Origin: Pristiophorus japonicus
Lineage: Eukaryota
DNA length: 64,000 nucleotides
NCBI RefSeq assembly: GCF_044704955.1
Contig: NC_091999.1
Coordinates: 57,102,001-57,166,000 of the forward strand
Direction: 5' to 3'
The position numbers and the translations under genes are program-made. Of this stretch, positions 60,191-64,000 are shown in pieces; the stretch's first letter is position 1; each line of letters starts with the position of its first letter. A model generated the notes under the pieces. The model did no database searches. It had not been told where the DNA came from and was given only the letters and a program-made list of their open reading frames with translations.

Positions 60191-61220
60191 ATAATTTTAT
60201 TTTGCTTCGGTCTTCACAGTGGAAAACAAAAAAACCATGCCAAAAATTGCTGGTGACGGGAATGTGGGAAGGGATGACCTTGAGAAAATCACTATCACTT
60301 TGGGGGTAATGCTGGACAGGCTAATGCGACTCAAGGTGGACAAGTCCCCTGGTCCTGATGAAATGCATTCCAGCGTATTAAAAGAGATGGCGGAAGTGAA
60401 AGCAGATACATTCGTTATAATCTACCAAAACTCTCTGGACTCTGGGGAGGTGCCATCGGATTGGAAAACATCTAATGTAATGCCTCTGTTTAAAAAAGGG
60501 GGCAGACAAAAGGCAGGTAACTCTCGGCCGGTTAGTTTAACATCTGTAGTGGGGGAAATGCTTGAAGCTATCGTTAAGGAAGAAATAGCGGGACATCTGG
60601 ATAGGAATAGTGAAATCAAGCAGACGCAACATGGATTCATGAAGGGGAAATCATGTTTAACTAATTTACTGGAATTCCTTGAGGAGATAATGAGCATGGT
60701 GGACAGAGGTGTACCGATGGATGTGGTGTATTTAGATTTCCAAAAGTCATTCGATAAGGTGCCACACAAAAGGTTACTGCAGAAGATAAAGGTACGTGGA
60801 GTCAGAGGAAATGTATTAGCATGGATAGAGAATTGGCTGGCTAACAGAAAGCAGAGAGTCAGAATAAATGGGTACTTTTCGGGTTGGAAATAGGTGGTTA
60901 GTGGTGTGCCACAGGGATCGGTGTTGCAACCACAAATGCTTACAATATACATAGATGATCTGGAAGAGGGGACAGAGTGCAGTGTAACAAAATTTGCAGA
61001 TGACACAAAGATTAGTGGGAAAGCGGGTTGTGTAGAGGACACAGAGAGGCTGCAAAGAGATTTAGATAGGTTAAGCAAATGGGCAAAGGTTTGGCAGATG
61101 TCGAAAAATATGAGGTCATCCACCCTGGGGGAAAAAAACCAGTAAAAGGGAATATTATTTGAAGGGGGGGAAATTACAAAATGCAGCAGTGCAGAGGGAC
61201 CTGGGGATCCTTGTGCATTA
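60190..61220 (+). mobile_element. CR1 RT fragment, same subfamily as 35332-38450
   Basis: ORF 60219-60893 closely parallels 36095-37411 (KSPGPD.MH...YLDFQK.FDKVPH). Confidence 0.9.
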
Positions 61221-64000
61221 AACTCTTTTAGGAGTAAACAAATAACATTAAACCGTGCCCCCCGATCTGGAGGAAACACCAACATTTACAATGCCCTTTT
61301 TTTTATTTTATTGTTGTTTTTTTGGGGTAGTTTTCTGGGCACAAAAAACATATTTTTTTCTTCAAGTGCACCCTATAAAAGGGGAGGGGGACACTAAAAG
61401 CACCGGCAATTAAAACAAATTAACTTAAAAACATAAAATGAATTTAAAATTTGGTTGCCAGGCGTGATGATGCACTCCAGACCCTCCGGTGCCCACCTCT
61501 CGCGGAAGGCACCCTGAACCAGATGTATGCGCGGAAGAGAGGCAGGCAGTCTGGCTGAACGATCCCCTCGACCGCCCGATGCCTGGACCGTCTGATGGCA
61601 CCCTTGGCCATGCCCAGGAGCAGTCCTACGAGGAGGCCCTCGGACCTACCGGCTCCCCTCCGCACAGGGTGCCCGAAGATCAGGAGGGTGGGACTGAAGT
61701 GCAGTTGAATTTCAGGAGCAGCCCCTTTAGATAACAAAACAGGGGCTTCAACCTCGTGCACTCAATAAAAACATGGAACACGGACTCTTCCAGACCGCAG
61801 AAATTGCAGGCGGTCTGGGAGCCCGCGAACAGACTTAAAAATTTATTGCACTGCACTGCTCCGTGCACCACCCTCCAGGCCAAGTCCCCAACGAATATTG
61901 GGAGGACCCCTGCATAGAGTGCCCTCCATCGGGGACCCCCGCCTCCTCCGGACGGCAAGATGGTATGCCATGGCGTGTCCGGATGGAAGACAAGGATGGC
62001 AAAGTTGAGAGTGTGCAGGAGCAGCCCGTACAGGAAACCCCTCCGCGCAGAACAGAAAGGCACGGAGGGCATTTCCCAGAGGCGGATCAAGTTGTGAGGC
62101 GCCGGCCCCCGAGGGAGGTTCCGGGGTTTGGCGCCGATGAGGAATTCTGTCCGGACGGGGGTCAGTTCGGACGGGATCTCCCCAGGTGCTTGAGCCTCCT
62201 CGATGCACATAACGGAGTCAGGGCCCAGAGCTCTTTTTAGCGACTCGATGGCATCGGCCGCGTGGCGGACGTTGGCAGAATTTAGGCGCCGCGCCAGCGT
62301 GTCTGGCACCATCCAGCCCGCTCCTCCGCCATCGAGCAGGTCCCTGACCCCTGTCACCTCACCAGCCACAGCCCTCTCGTCCGACCGCCACAAAAAACCT
62401 CGGTCGTGGAGGTACGGATTCCCGAGCAGTGGCTCCTGCAGGACAGCCGCCACTCCAGCCGGTGGAGAGCTGCGCTTTGTGGAGACTTTGTTACAGACCC
62501 TGATGAGTTGCTTGCAAAAGACAAGCAGCTCACTGAGAACGGTCCTGACGCCCCCACACTCACAAACAGGAGCTGCGTGTTGTAGTTGAGACCGTGCTGC
62601 TGGTGGAAGAAATACATCGTCAGAGCACGCCACCTAGGAGGGGGCTCAACATAAAGGTATCTCTGCAGTGTCAGAAGATGGAAAGTCGCGAGCTGGGCAC
62701 TGACGCACACCAACGACTGACCGCCCTCCCCAAGCGGGAGACTCAAGACTGCGGCAGAGACCCAGTGCTTCCTGTTGTTCCAGAAGAAGTCCACCAGCTT
62801 CTTCTGTATCTTGGCGACAAACGCAGGGGGAGGGGTCAAATTGACCAGTCGGTACCACAACATGGCGGCCAACAGCTGGTTTATGACTAGCGCTCGACCC
62901 CTGTAGGACAGCACTCGGAGCAGTCCTGTCCAGCGCCCTAGGCGAGCAGCGAACTTGTCCTCCAGCTCCTGCCAGTTCGCTGGCCATGCTTCTTCATCGG
63001 GGCTAAGGTAGACTCCCAGATAGAGGAGATGGGTCGTGCTCCAGGCAAAAGGCCTGAGCTCCTCTGGCAGGGAGTCCACCCGCCACTGACCCATCAAAAG
63101 TCCGGAACATTTCTCCCAGTTGATTCTGACGGAGGATGCGGCGGAGTAAATCTCCTTGCACTCACGCATCCTCCGCAGGTCAGCGGGATCCTCTACCGTG
63201 AGGAGCACGTCATCGGCGTAAGCCGAGAAGACGACCTCCACGCCTGGCCCTTGCAGAGCCAGTCCCGTCAACCTCGTCCACCGGAAAGGCTCCACGCAGA
63301 CGGCGTATAACTGGTCGGACATGGGGCATCCCTGGCGCACCCCTCTCCAAAAGCGAAGGGGCGTCGTTAAGGACCCATTAACCTTAATCAGACACTCCAC
63401 GGCGGCGTAAAAAAGTCGGATCCGGGCAACGAAGTGCGTCCCGAACCCGAAAGCGCGCAGAGTTCCGAGCAGCTGGTCGTGATCCACCCTGTCGAACGCC
63501 TTCTCTTGGTCGAGGGATAGGTAGGCGACCGACAGACCAGCCTCCTGGGAGTAATGGATGACGTCCCGGAACAGATGGATGTTATCGTGGATTGTCCGGC
63601 CCGGGACCATGTATGACTGGTCGGGGTGGATCATGTTGTCCAGCACGGCGCCAAGGCGAGCTGACATCGCCCTGGCGAAGATTTTGTAGTCCGTGCTGAG
63701 GAGGGAGACCGGGCGACAGTTCTTAGGAGGCGGAGATCGCCCTTCTTAGGCAGCAGGACGATGACTGCCCTGCGCCAAGAGAGGGGCATCTCGCCGGTCG
63801 CCAGACTTTCCCCCAGGACCCGCGCATAGTCGCCCACCAGGACATCCCAGAACGCGCTGTGGAATTCCACGGTCAGCCCGTCCAGCCCCGGGGCTTCTCC
63901 CCTCGAGAGCCGGTCGAGAGCGCCGGTCAGCTCCGCCAGGCTTAGAGGAGCTTCCAGATTTTCGGCGCCCTCCGGGCTGACCTTCGTCAGGTCCTCCCAC
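61220..64000 (-). mobile_element. Tx1/L1-clade LINE ORF2 (RT and C-terminal zinc motif), frameshifted, runs off the window
   Basis: DQEKAFDRVDH, GVRQGCPMS, SAYADD, YLGV, CNFCGLEESVFHVFIEC; 3' UTR at 61220-61450. Confidence 0.92.

Noticed and set aside
60422-61285. Long antisense ORFs over CR1 (also 36135-36842)
   Set aside because: Shadow frames of RT coding sequence.

Overview
Eukaryotic, repeat-dense window from a cartilaginous fish (shark-type) genome; the species cannot be determined from sequence alone. (1) 0.65-7.6 kb, + strand: the 3' end of an Ig heavy-chain gene that best fits IgNAR: the last two C exons, the secretory tail [22 protein letters not shown]1, and an apparently one-base-short TM2. 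The Sec-TM intron holds a ~1.46 kb duplication and ~2.5 kb of CA-rich repeat. (2) 12.4-29.1 kb: a decayed endogenous-retrovirus-like frame (5' LTR, tRNA-Arg PBS, coiled-coil gag start ... Cys-rich env-like remnant, extra TM modules, PPT, 3' LTR). Its centre is occupied by CR1 LINEs and a ~2.4 kb tandem array of degenerate tRNA-Leu/Ser/Asp genes. (3) 34-45 kb: a 67-bp satellite array with nested RTE, CR1 and a complete but decayed Gypsy element (LTRs and 5-bp TSD). (4) 45-60 kb: a KRAB-less C2H2 zinc-finger cluster (one partly degenerate ORF, one pseudogene, two copies of a CpG-rich promoter cassette) with several minisatellites. (5) 61-64 kb: a Tx1/L1-clade LINE. Most ORFs in the supplied track are LINE remnants or repeat artefacts. 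Family assignments come from motif recognition, not database searches. Repeat boundaries are approximate unless a motif is quoted.
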